A stretch of 64,000 nt of DNA. Source: Epithemia pelagica. Lineage: Eukaryota > Protista > Bacillariophyta. The stretch covers positions 3,348,001 to 3,412,000 of the forward strand of contig OX337229.1 of assembly GCA_946965045.2 (NCBI GenBank). Reading direction: 5' to 3'. Positions 45,510 through 55,995 of the stretch are shown piece by piece. The position numbers were made by a program, and so were the translations under genes. Below the pieces are notes generated by a model that ran no database searches, was not told where the DNA came from, and was given only the letters and a program-made list of their open reading frames with translations. Position 1 is the first letter of the stretch. Every line of letters begins with the position of its first letter.

Positions 45510-45821
45510 CCGTCCTGGTTGATCTTTTTAGGTTACTTAAAGACAAGAGAAGGCATGCGTGATAACAAATGAATACTTAGATGACTGGTACAGTACTATG
45601 CAATTCTCTAAAATGTCAACCTTCAGTCCTCGTCCTCTGTGAGGATTTTCCGGGTGTCCCCGCGCGTACTCAAAGCGCCAGAGTTGAATCTCACAGACCA
45701 CGTACCACAACGAGCATTGGTCCTTATCGCGACAAGCACACACTCTTCCGTCGACGTTCGCATAGTCTTTTTGCATTCGACGACGATCGCCGTTCGACGT
45801 ACATATATTATAGAGATCACC

Positions 45822-46890
45822 ATGGCTCCTACTGGTCAAGCTTTGTTGGCGCCGTCCCCGGCTGGAAAGGCCTATGACTTTTCCTACTATCTTAAGGGAG
45901 CTGCCGCTGGAGGTATTTGCTGCTCCATCACTCATGGTGCTCTTACCCCCGTCGACGTCGTCAAGACTCGTGTGCAGTTGGATCCGGTCAAGGTGAGAAA
46001 GCTTTTGACTAAGCTGTGCAGATATCCAAGAGCTGGAATGGATTTGTGTAAATGTCAACAATGAGCCTTGTATCTAACATTATGCTTGGAAACTTTAGTA
46101 CAACCGAGGTTTGATTGGTGGTTTCCAACAGGTCGTCGCCGAAGAAGGAGCGATGGCCTTGACGACCGGTCTCGGTGCGACTGTGATGGGTTATTTCATC
46201 CAAGGATGGTTCAAGTTCGGTGGAGTCGAATTCTTCAAGATTAAGGCTGCCGAATACTTGGGTGAACAGAAAGCCTGGGATAACAAGACCAACATTTACC
46301 TTGGAGCCGCTGCTGGAGCCGAGTTCATTGCTGATCTTTTCCTCTGCCCTCTTGAAGCCGTTCGTATCCGTTCTGTGTCCGACCCAGAATTTGCTGACGG
46401 TCTGGCAGATGGTTTCGTGAAGATGGCCAAGACTGAGGGTGTCATGGGATTTTACGCCGGTCTTGTCCCCATCCTTTTCAAGCAAATCCCTTACACATGC
46501 GCCAAGTTTGTGGTTCAAGGAAGTGTTGCTGATTCCATCTACGCCAGCATGGGTAAATCGCCAAAAGAAGTCGGAGGATCCACAGCCATTGGAATCTCTC
46601 TTTCGTCCGGTGTGGTTGCTGGTGTTGCCTCGGCCATTATCTCTCACCCCGCCGACACCCTCCTTTCCAAGGTGAACAAGAAGGGAGCTGGTGGTGACGG
46701 TCCCATGATGACTCGTCTTATGAAAATTGCCGGTGAAATGGGTATGTGGAACCTCTGTACCACCGGTTTGTTCGCTCGTTGCGTCATGATCGGAACATTG
46801 ACGGCAGGACAATTTGGAATCTTTGATACCGTCATGGGTGCCCTTGGTGCCAGCAAGTTCCACTTCCACAACCCAGCAGCTGACCATTAA
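45822..46890 (+). CDS. MIR1: Mitochondrial phosphate carrier (SLC25A3/Mir1); join(45822..45992,46099..46890), 320 aa
   Basis: THGALTPVDVVKTRVQ, YFIQGWFKFGG, CPLEAVRIR, KQIPYTCAKF and SHPADTLLS carrier motifs; 106-nt phase-0 intron. Confidence 0.95.
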
Positions 46891-47287
46891 ACTACTAGAT
46901 TCGCCTGTATGAATATTCATATCACATCTCTACATACGATATCTATAATCCATTAGTAAGGAATAAGGTGCAAGAGAATGCTTGTTGATGAGGCAGTAAG
47001 CAAAGAGTTTCCTTCCTATGAGAGAATGTAGCACTATAAAACTCCTGGAGTACCGGTATCTTTAATGTCGAAAAGTCAGTGGTGTTGTTGTGTCCATATC
47101 TACATGCCCAGGAAGTCTACACAAAGCAGAAGCAATGACGTGATGATATGCCACAACCGATTCTCATGTAGGAGTATCGAGCTGAACCTTTTTCATCACA
47201 GCGTGCGGTTAACTTTGTTACTGGGCGATTTGCCATCCTTTCAAATCGACAACTGTGGACACCATTCTTTGGTTGGAATATGCTCGA

Positions 47288-48506
47288 TTAGAAAATCCCT
47301 GTTACCCAAGTCCGGGCCAGCATCATCATCAGCTTTAATCGATGAGCTTCATGAAGAGTAGGGTCAAGAACATCGAAGTTCGAGTTCTCCAATCGAGATA
47401 GATAGAGAAGAGATGGGACAACTGGGAGCAACGACGAACGTGCTGATCTCGGAACCTTCCCTTGTCTATCTCGGGCTTCTGAAAAATAGGTCGATGCGGT
47501 TAAGGCCATTGTTTTGACCGCTTCCCGCCATTCCTTGGAATCTTCCTCGCTTAGGACTTCCTCGCCACCTAGACTATCGCGTAATTTTTGGTATGGGAAG
47601 ACTGGAGAGAGCAGGTTTCCTGGTATTGTAACTTCTCCATCAATCAACCGAAAAGGTGTGCCTCTCAGAGCAGTTGTAAGGCCAATCCCAACTCCGGCAA
47701 AGGATGCTACTTCGTCTGCCGCATCATCTCGTACCTGTCAGTAGGGCAAAAATCAGACAACCAACATCTAGCGTAACGTATCAAATCCACCAAAGCTCAC
47801 ACTCACCCCATTGCATTCAAGCGAAAGATACAAGAGACTAGATACACTTTGCTCAGCGTAGTTCGCCGCTTCCTCCATTGTGCCGAACTGACTGAGTTCC
47901 AGATCACTCTGACGTGCCTCGACAAGACGTTCTAGAAATCTTCGTGTTAAATTGGACTCCTCGTTCGCAGCGTTCAATGCCCGCACAATGGGACTTTTCC
48001 AGCAGGACACGGAAAGATTGGCCAACGCCGGATCAGAAATATGTGGAGGTGGATCGCCATAAATTTGTGCTATGGCATCTGTCCACCACTGCAGTCTCAC
48101 TTGAAGCATATGCGTTTTTGTTGATGAATCTTGCGTGCCCGTCGATTCTCGTGATCGAGTATGATGTCCACCTTTAATGGACGCAATCTCAGCGTTGAAG
48201 GCACGAATGGCAAAGAAAGCCTTCTGGACCCTATGAGGCATCAAAAGGCCGCAATCTTCCCATTTTGATTTTCAAAAATTCGACTCAGTTTAGAATAAGA
48301 GACTTGACTCTGAATCATGACCCATTGAAATACTTACAAAATCCCTCCCTATCACGGTCTCGAACAACACCGATGCAATAATCGATATCTTGCTTCGTAT
48401 GTTGACGTTCGTCAGGATTTGATGAACGAGTCACCAAACTCCTCCATTGATTTCGCACTAGACTTCGTCGAAAGCAGCGTAACTGGGATCCAGATGCCAT
48501 CGCCAT
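47288..48506 (-). CDS. NDUFAF6: Complex I assembly factor 6 (squalene/phytoene synthase fold); complement(join(47288..47734,47807..48255,48338..48506)), ~354 aa
   Basis: YCIGVVRDRDREG, AIRAFNAEIA, RLQWW, LERLVEARQSDL, YAEQSVSSLLYLSLE and G.G.GL..ALRG motifs; mitochondrial-type N-terminus; two GT-AG introns (82, 72 nt). Confidence 0.9.
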
Positions 48507-49549
48507 TGTCTGTCTCTGTTCTCATACAAACGCGGCTGGTTGACAATCTGACTTTTTCTATTGCCGCCATGGCCAATCGGAACATGACCCATCAATCTGA
48601 CGTCACAGGCTCGCGCCATCGATCTTCTGTGTGCCCGGCTCGCGCGCAACCGGATCTTTAACTTTTTCTTTGCCCGTTGGTCACAAAATCAAAGTCAACG
48701 GGTGGGACGTCCATGGTCCTGTGGCGGTCCTTGCCAAATAATTTTCATCCCTACGAATATCGCACTGGTTGCAACTTGCAACTTAACAAGGCTCAGGTGA
48801 AAGTGCTGCGTGAACGAGTATCGCGTTTCTGAAAGCTGATCAGACTGTCTAGAATCTAGAAAGGAACTGGACGATGCAGCTTGAACGATTTCTGACTTCA
48901 GCGGACTTTTCTCCACGCAATCTCGTCAGAATCTGCGAGATACATGTTCCATCTCTTACTGTCTGTCAACAAGCCCATCTTCCCAGCTCAAGCGATGAAA
49001 TCAGCGAGATGGTTGATTTGGAAAGTCTCCACCAAAAGGCGAGATCCAGGACTTCCACCAATGTTGCCATGGCAAAGGCTTCTGCAAGTGTTGGCACATC
49101 GTGGACTTCAAAACCTCACAACACGATGAGAGCTGAGAGCGACCAAACAACAATGGAAGGCTTGGAAGTCAATGAGGATCAACTTCTACAGAGTGATTAT
49201 CACTTCAAGAGGGTATGAATCTCTTACACTCTATGACTTAGTCCTGTGCTGTCAAACCTTTTGTCAACAAAGAATTGTGGTTTGTACGTTCTGACATGCG
49301 GATAAGGGTGTTGAAAATGCTTCCTTATCCCGTCCCAAGCTCTCAGATTGCCAAGTGCTGCTCTGGGCCAGAAAGACACTTTCGATAGTTTTGTGACTCC
49401 ACTGAAATCACGGCGATATGTGCAGGAGTGATACTACATACTCTTCTACAAATGCTTCGACCATCCACATTTCGATAGAATGCCCACACTTTGTGAACAA
49501 GGGAAGACCCGGTGACAAACACAATATTGTTTAATTAGGCTGCTTACCT

Positions 49550-50350
49550 CTAAGTCTTCATAAGTAATTTCTGGTATCGCGTCAACCGTGCCCTTCTCTC
49601 TTCCATGCATTCTTCGTCACGTCCCTCATTCTCCGGGAAATACACAAGGGTGAGGCCACCTTTCAGCTGCTTCTTTTTCAGCTCTTCTGGTGGTTTACTT
49701 AAATTCAACGAAATTGCAGGAGGTTGGGTATTCGAGAACTGAGAGGTACTTACAGCGGTAGCAGCTGATACAGCCGTCGCAACAGGGGCTCGATGTGCTT
49801 GCAGCTGTGGCTGTGGTATTTCAACAGGTCCGAGTGAAGGAGCTGTTGGGGCATCGATCAAAACTCCGGGAGCAACTCCATGAAGAGACTGGAAACCCGG
49901 CAGAGGAACACCAACCGGAAGTGGTGGTGGAGGAGGGGGCGGCGGTGGTGGTACATCATCTACAGGAGCTTCCACTAGACAGTCATCGTCAAGAGGGAAA
50001 TTGCGATATCCATGGGCACCTACCAGAGAGAACGCAGCTCGAACAGCACAATCAATTGCCGCGTCCTGGGTCTTTCCACGGCCCCAACCCAAATCAACGC
50101 CACCAACACGCGTGGAAAACACAAATGGTTTTTCAGGGGTGACGCCTTTTAACCAACGTACGTACGATGCGTCCAACATTCGATGTGATTTCGTGTACTT
50201 CACAAACGCTTCCATGGCAGCAGAACTTTTTTCCGCCCGGTATTTCTTTACAAGGTAAGATTCACTGGTAGCTGGTTTTGCCTTCTTCGACGCCAAATTC
50301 GAGTCGCCACTGACCTGGTTAGGATTGCTTCCTCTCTTCTTTCTCCCCAT
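49550..50350 (-). CDS. Putative dsRNA-binding-domain protein with poly-Pro linker and ZNF207/BuGZ-like C-terminal motif
   Basis: Alpha-beta-beta-beta-alpha pattern ending GRGKTQDAAIDCAVRAA; C-terminal LVY...MEERRARLTRYQ. Confidence 0.6.
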   Translation of the reverse strand: MGRKKRGSNPNQVSGDSNLASKKAKPATSESYLVKKYRAEKSSAAMEAFVKYTKSHRMLDASYVRWLKGVTPEKPFVFSTRVGGVDLGWGRGKTQDAAIDCAVRAAFSLVGAHGYRNFPLDDDCLVEAPVDDVPPPPPPPPPPLPVGVPLPGFQSLHGVAPGVLIDAPTAPSLGPVEIPQPQLQAHRAPVATAVSAATAVSTSQFSNTQPPAISLNLSKPPEELKKKQLKGGLTLVYFPENEGRDEECMEERRARLTRYQKLLMKT

Positions 50351-50745
50351 CTCGAATCCAGCGGACCAGAGTACCCACGAGGTGAAAAGGGTCTGTAACT
50401 TGCTATTGGTTTTCTGCTGTTCGTATGTTGTTTCCCGAAGGGCGTCCCATGTCCCATGGTGGTGTGGTGATTCGGAGGAAACGTACTACCGAACGTGAAG
50501 AGATGTCCTTTCCTTCTATACTCAAAATCATAATATTGGAATGCGTTGCTCGGGTGTAATAGAAGTCACTCTGATGTCTGAGCGACATCGTACGTTGGTC
50601 CGTCCGTCGCTGGTGTCGTTGCGATCCACAGAACCATGCCGAAAACAAACGGAGTGTTCTTATTCATGCCCTTGGGAACAAACAGACGAAGATCCCAAGG
50701 GTGGTCACTTGCCGCTGAGTTATCTATGAGGAGGGTGACTTGAAC

Positions 50746-51573
50746 ATGATGAAAATGCAATCCCTGGGCTTCATGCTTGTGCTACTGCTTGCACCGGTCT
50801 CAGGCCTGGTTCACCCCACTACTCGTCAAAGATACCGCTCGACGGCGTCGCCTTTGTACCAGACATCTTTCGGGATACCGACGACATTAGATACCATGGA
50901 AGTTGGACAGAGTTTCCGACAAGAATCTCTGGTCATTGAGAAAGTCTCTGCTCGGCCTCCGATTTTTGTTTTACGAGGTGTTCTGGGAAAAGAAGATTGC
51001 GAAACTATAATGAGATCAGCTTCTCGGCTTGAGCCTGCACGAACTCTTTCGGCGGAGAGTGATGATGATATGTACCGGAAGTCATGCTCCGTTTGTTGGC
51101 TTGCAAACGACGAAGATTCACGAGTACGCTCAATCGCAAATAAATGTCATTCAATCTTGATGCCCAACCAGATATTTGACGCTGAACGAGGAGTCGAATC
51201 TTTGCAGGTTGTTCGTTACGAGACCAAAGGAGAGTATGTTCTCCACCACGATAGCAACAAGCGGTTTTTGACAGTACTGTATTATTTAAATGGGAAGGGG
51301 GAAACTTGGTTTCCTTTGGCTGATTCCCATGACGGTCCTAGTCCACGGAATAGGTACTAAGCCCTACAACTCTGCAAAGACAGGACGGCTTCAGAGTCAG
51401 GTGTACTAGTTTCCTGTGAAGGTAGAGGAACTCAGGTCCAGCAAGGCGACGCAGTGGCTTTTTTCAGTTACTCGTCTGAGATGAATGCCGACTGGATGGC
51501 GATTCACGCCGGAATGCCTGCATCCACAACCAAATGGATTGGGAACCATTGGGTAAGACCACGACGGCGTTAA
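50746..51573 (+). CDS. Prolyl-4-hydroxylase-like 2OG-Fe(II) oxygenase interrupted by an in-frame TAA (51358-51360); intact, spliced or pseudogene status unresolved
   Basis: Signal peptide; PPIFVLRGVL..EDC, QVVRY...YVLHHD and TVLYYLN..GET before the stop; GDAVAFF, AIHAG and KWIGNHW in the same frame after it. Confidence 0.75.
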
Positions 51574-52352
51574 GCAAATGCTTTGAAAACAGCGGAAGAA
51601 TGATCAGCGCTCAACATATCTTTGCCTGTCCTTCTTGTGCAGTTTCATTACGTCCCCTTTACTTTCTGAATTTCGGGGTCGAAAAAGTGCTCCACACGGG
51701 TGTTTTTAACTTAGGCAGGAAAGATTTTTGAAACAGGCTGACGAATTCAAGTTTGTAAACAAGAATACGCAGCGTTTCATCGTGTACTGGTGCATGAATA
51801 ATGGCATACGAAGCCTCAAATCGTTTGCAGATGTGCAATTTCTCAACGGACGGGTAGAAAAAGTGGGAGGGGTGCTCGAGCACATACAAAAAGTGAGGCT
51901 CGGTGCGCTTTCGTCCACTACAATCGAATGTTCATGCGCGGCTCAATGCTTCACTCTTTCTAAGTATTTCAGTGTTCAGTGTGACTTTTTATGTTGAGCT
52001 ATTTAGAATCAAATAGGACATAATACTTAAGTAAGTTTGGACCAAGCAGTAAGTCCATCCGTTAGAGCGTGGGCTATTATATTGTCAAAATTTGGCTGGT
52101 GGCTCCGACCAAGCAACGCCGCTTCATTGGACGCATAGAGATTTGCCTTTGCTTGTTATCTCCGTTTGCTTCTAGCTCCATGGAGAATTGAAAAGGATAC
52201 CGTTGACCTGATTTCAATCCACCTTGAAGCATCGACTAAACGAATCCATACCAGTGATCGCTTTAATCCGAGGCTTGGAGACCATCCGTATCCATCTTTT
52301 GACGTCAAAGGTTATTAAGAGGCGCATTTTTCTCCCGTGACAACATAGCACC

Positions 52353-52925
52353 ATGTCATCAAAACATCGATTGACTAGGTCTTTCCGGACGATCTCGGCG
52401 GTTTTATACTTGGTGAGTTAAGTGAACTTAGAAAATCCTCTCGTCATTTGCATTGAGGATGCAAAGACGAACTCACTGTCGATTTAATGCTGTCTTTGCT
52501 TCTCAATGATTCATCAGTTGAACGTTGCGGTATCTATTCACTTTGCTTGGGGAAAGCACTATTTACACATCCTTGTTGGTGCCACAACAGCCTTGCTGTC
52601 TCTTCTTATGCTTGTTGTCGCAATTGAAAGCCCGAAAGCAATCGTGGACAAACTTGAGAGGTCCTCTGTGGGAATCCAACTCTTCACATTCCGCGGCAGA
52701 TACATGGTCGATCTCTTTACCTCCCTTTATTTGTTTGCAATGCCTCCATGGGGCTTTATAATGGGTTCTATCACACTTCTGCTGATTTTCGGGATCCGCT
52801 TTTTGGGAGTCAAACAGCCGGACGCATTCAATGAGATTTTTCGACAATCCGATATCGAGACTCAATCGGCCGACAGCTATACCATGGAAAGTGAATATGA
52901 TACGCCCGTTGCAGAGAGACAGTAA
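52353..52925 (+). CDS. Small multi-pass membrane protein, COPI-associated-like; join(52353..52412,52518..52925), ~155 aa
   Basis: TTG|gtgagt donor and catcag| acceptor in phase 0; about four hydrophobic helices; FTFRGRYMVDLF resembles the COPI_assoc F...GRG motif. Confidence 0.55.
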
Positions 52926-53323
52926 ACAATTTTCGAGACACTCAAATGGGGGTTTGCGGTATTGCAGTCTGAACTTATATTCTCTGTTGCCTCCGAATTC
53001 GCATTGGTCAGAGACGCGGTCAAATATATTATGATGCACACCCTCTTTCATTGTATCAATCTAGCCTTTCCTGTTTCATATTATCTCTGGTTGCTTCATC
53101 AATAATCTCATTGGGCCATGATGTTGCTTCACCTTTGATGATGATTGATCATCAAGAGGTTACAATTAGGGATACCTACACCCCTCTAGATCTAGATCGT
53201 ACTATATTGGGGTAGCTTCCGTACCTGCCGATACCCGATCTGACTCGTAATGGCGAACTCTGACGAAGTGTTTTTCCTGCGACCATTTCCCCACGAACAC
53301 AAACCAATTGATCTCAAACTACG

Positions 53324-54640
53324 ATGAGCGATCGTATCTCAGCTGCAGCAATCTCATCAGACGCGCAGGCAGCGGGAGCCAGTGATGATAGAGAAGAAGG
53401 CGGTCAAATATGGTTTCAAGAAGACGAAAGATGGGAACTTACATGGCCGATCTGGCACATGCTTCCCCGGCATGAACGGAAGGCCTTGGCTATGAAACAC
53501 GGATACAAAACTATTGGCGAATTTGAGGAATATATGACATTACAGCGAGGCCTTACAGATTCGACGGAATCTTCTCAGTTGCCTTATGATAATTCGCTCG
53601 CTTATTTGCCATCGACATCCCCAACGAAAACATTGGAGGCTACCCATGCGGGATACAACCCTGTGGAAGAAGACGATGAAGATGTATCGGATTCGGACGA
53701 GAAAATGGGAGCTCTTCTAGACGCACAGGACAGTGAATGGGCTGACTCGGAGCAGTTGTCCACCGAGGAGCTTATTCGGCAAGGAGGAAAGTTATTGATT
53801 TTGCCAGAAGAAATGTTGCATCGTGTGTTCGAGTGGCTCCCAGTTGATGCATATGCCACGTTGGCACTTGTTAGTCGTCACTGGAAATCTTTCACCAGAA
53901 CAGAAGCTGTCTACAAAAGACTATGTGAACGGTTGTACCTGAATCAATCCAAGAGACGCGCTCTGCATGTGGGCCGATTTGGAAACTCGTACCGCAACAT
54001 GCTAGAGAAGCGACCGAGAGTACGTGCCGGAGGAGGCGTGTACGTGATGAAGCATAGTAAGTATCTTGTAGGTCGACTTGAAGTGTGTGGGCCACATGAC
54101 TGACCCTTACCAAATGAATGCCGGTTTCCGTCCATCAGCAAAAGTAAAGCCCATCCAGAGAGACATGTGGACTGAGGTAGGTACTGAGAACTTAGGTCAG
54201 TATCCTGCTGCTTGACTCTGACACGATTTGATCAGGTACCTGTTGGAGCGGTTTTGGAAATGGTTTATTATCGTTACATTTATTTCCAAGAGGACGGAAG
54301 TGTGTTCTATGCACTGACTGCCTCTCCACCGCACGAGATGTTTCGTCGCTTTCTCAAAGCCAGTCTCAATCCACATCATTTTGAAGACCCTGCGATTGTT
54401 TTGGGGACCTACCAAGTGCAAAAGACGCAGGTTACAGTACATGCAAAACAGCAGTGGCAATTTGTGCGCCTGGACTTGTCTATTCAACCTCAAATTCTAT
54501 ACCATGGTCGTTGGGGTTATCTTTCGTTCGATGGTCATTGGACCAGTGCCACGGACAACTTTGAAGAGTGGTCTCCTGATCGCACTGCTTTTGATGTGCC
54601 AGATCAACCCTTTCGGTTTGTCCGTGAGAAAAGACTGTAG
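53324..54640 (+). CDS. FBXO9: F-box protein, FBXO9-like; join(53324..54056,54139..54176,54236..54640), ~391 aa
   Basis: F-box (ILPEEMLHRVFEWL...LALVSRHW), then RPRVR.GGVY and YYRYIYFQEDG motifs; a 38-nt internal exon supplies TKVKPIQRDMWTE. Confidence 0.8.
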
Positions 54641-54695
54641 GAAATTGTATTTAGTTAACCATGAATCTTTCTGTTGGTTAAACTGCAAAGATTGG

Positions 54696-55649
54696 TTAAA
54701 CTGCATCCTTGAGCATTAGAGCCGTCGTATCGATCTTATTGTTTTTCCCAGCAATATGAGCGATTAAATCGCCTTTGTGGTATTTTTCTTCATGCATATA
54801 CCACTCCTGTTTCTCAACAGGGGTTTCTTTCACCTGTTTGTACTGCTCTTGCGTGAGGAACACAGTAACGCTGTTGAAAGTGCAACGTGCTGGCACTCCA
54901 ATGTGTTGATCAAATTCTTTTGGATCCATACCCCGGAGGTATGCTTTGAGTGCAGCGTTGTCTCCAGATGTTGAGAGGCCCTTTGGTTGGACGTACTCTT
55001 TCATATTCCACCAATGATCGAGGAATTGACGGGACCAGTCCGTGTTCTTGACAATCCAAGCTCCAGCGTTATAGCTTCCGCCCTTCTGCTCAGTTATGAG
55101 CATATCTTTTCCACGTGGTAGAAAATCCTCTATTCTTTTGGCGGAGTTCATCACAACCGTATCAGCATCCCACCAGACAACCCATTCGCACTGCTCTTGG
55201 GTCAACAAGCGCTGCGCAGCACGAATCTTTGACCAAGATGGAGGTCGGCTTGTATCTAATGTATCGCTTTCGTCGAAAAGGGAATATCCGTGCTTCTTTG
55301 CATAAGCCTTTTTATTGGGCCATGTCATTTCCAATAGGTTGTCAAAATTGCGCCATCGCACTAATCTCTGAAGGGCATCCGCCTTCTTGGCATCTGTTAA
55401 CGTACATATGCAAATCTTTCGTGCTTCAACATCATTGCGGCCAATCAGGTCATATTTGGGATTGGGGCATTCGCGCACCACGTTGCTGATTGGAGATTTG
55501 ATCAATGTCGTTGTGTTCATCATATGGGAGGCCAAGCGATGCGAAATGTACACGAAGACCAAGAAAACCACAACGAGCAGGTGTTTTCGATTCGTTGGCG
55601 ACATTGCCCGCACAATCAATGGAACATTACTCGCTGATCGTTTCTTCAT
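54696..55649 (-). CDS. Glycosyltransferase family 34 (GMA12/MNN10-like), type II membrane
   Basis: N-terminal TM; NKKAYAKKHGY, PPSWSKI, WWDADTVVMN and YNAGAWIVKN motifs; start placed at Met 55649. Confidence 0.88.
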   Translation of the reverse strand: MKKRSASNVPLIVRAMSPTNRKHLLVVVFLVFVYISHRLASHMMNTTTLIKSPISNVVRECPNPKYDLIGRNDVEARKICICTLTDAKKADALQRLVRWRNFDNLLEMTWPNKKAYAKKHGYSLFDESDTLDTSRPPSWSKIRAAQRLLTQEQCEWVVWWDADTVVMNSAKRIEDFLPRGKDMLITEQKGGSYNAGAWIVKNTDWSRQFLDHWWNMKEYVQPKGLSTSGDNAALKAYLRGMDPKEFDQHIGVPARCTFNSVTVFLTQEQYKQVKETPVEKQEWYMHEEKYHKGDLIAHIAGKNNKIDTTALMLKDAV

Positions 55650-55995
55650 ATTTCGCGTAGATGATCCATGTACGTTGTCTGTCAAAGTCTCTTTCGTTAT
55701 TCTCGAGTCCTTGTAGTTGTAGTATGCTGTATGCTCACTTGTGGGAGAATCGAGAATGATGAGATGATGGAATCCCGGACTATCCAAAGCATGACTCAAT
55801 ACTCTCAAGAGTCCTTTCTTTCTCCTGGTATATAAATAATTAGTACTTTTAGTTCATCGATCGACTATGACGGTGTGCGGCGTGAAGGACCACGGACCAC
55901 GCCACAATGTATCGTTGTCACTCTGTCCACCGCCACATTCCAATTAACTCCTTGCACCAGGATCTCGATCGGAGCAAAAGGACCACCCAGCCATT

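Larger units (their letters stand above)
44061..45540. mobile_element. Candidate non-autonomous foldback-type DNA element (TTAA-bounded, degenerate inverted termini, subterminal motif arrays)
   Basis: TTAA at 44061-44064 and 45537-45540; collinear inverted similarity just inside both ends; perfect 16-bp inverted match 44254-44269 / 45427-45442; no transposase ORF. Confidence 0.45.

Noticed and set aside
48874-49218. 114-aa ORF between NDUFAF6 and the dsRBD-like gene
   Set aside because: Short, low-complexity and without a recognisable domain; cannot be supported without expression data.
51659-51997. Several 70-90 aa ORFs on both strands downstream of the oxygenase
   Set aside because: No consistent frame, splice structure or motif.
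55650-55808. 53-aa in-frame N-terminal extension of the GT34 ORF
   Set aside because: A type II topology is better explained from Met 55649; the extension looks like 5' UTR.
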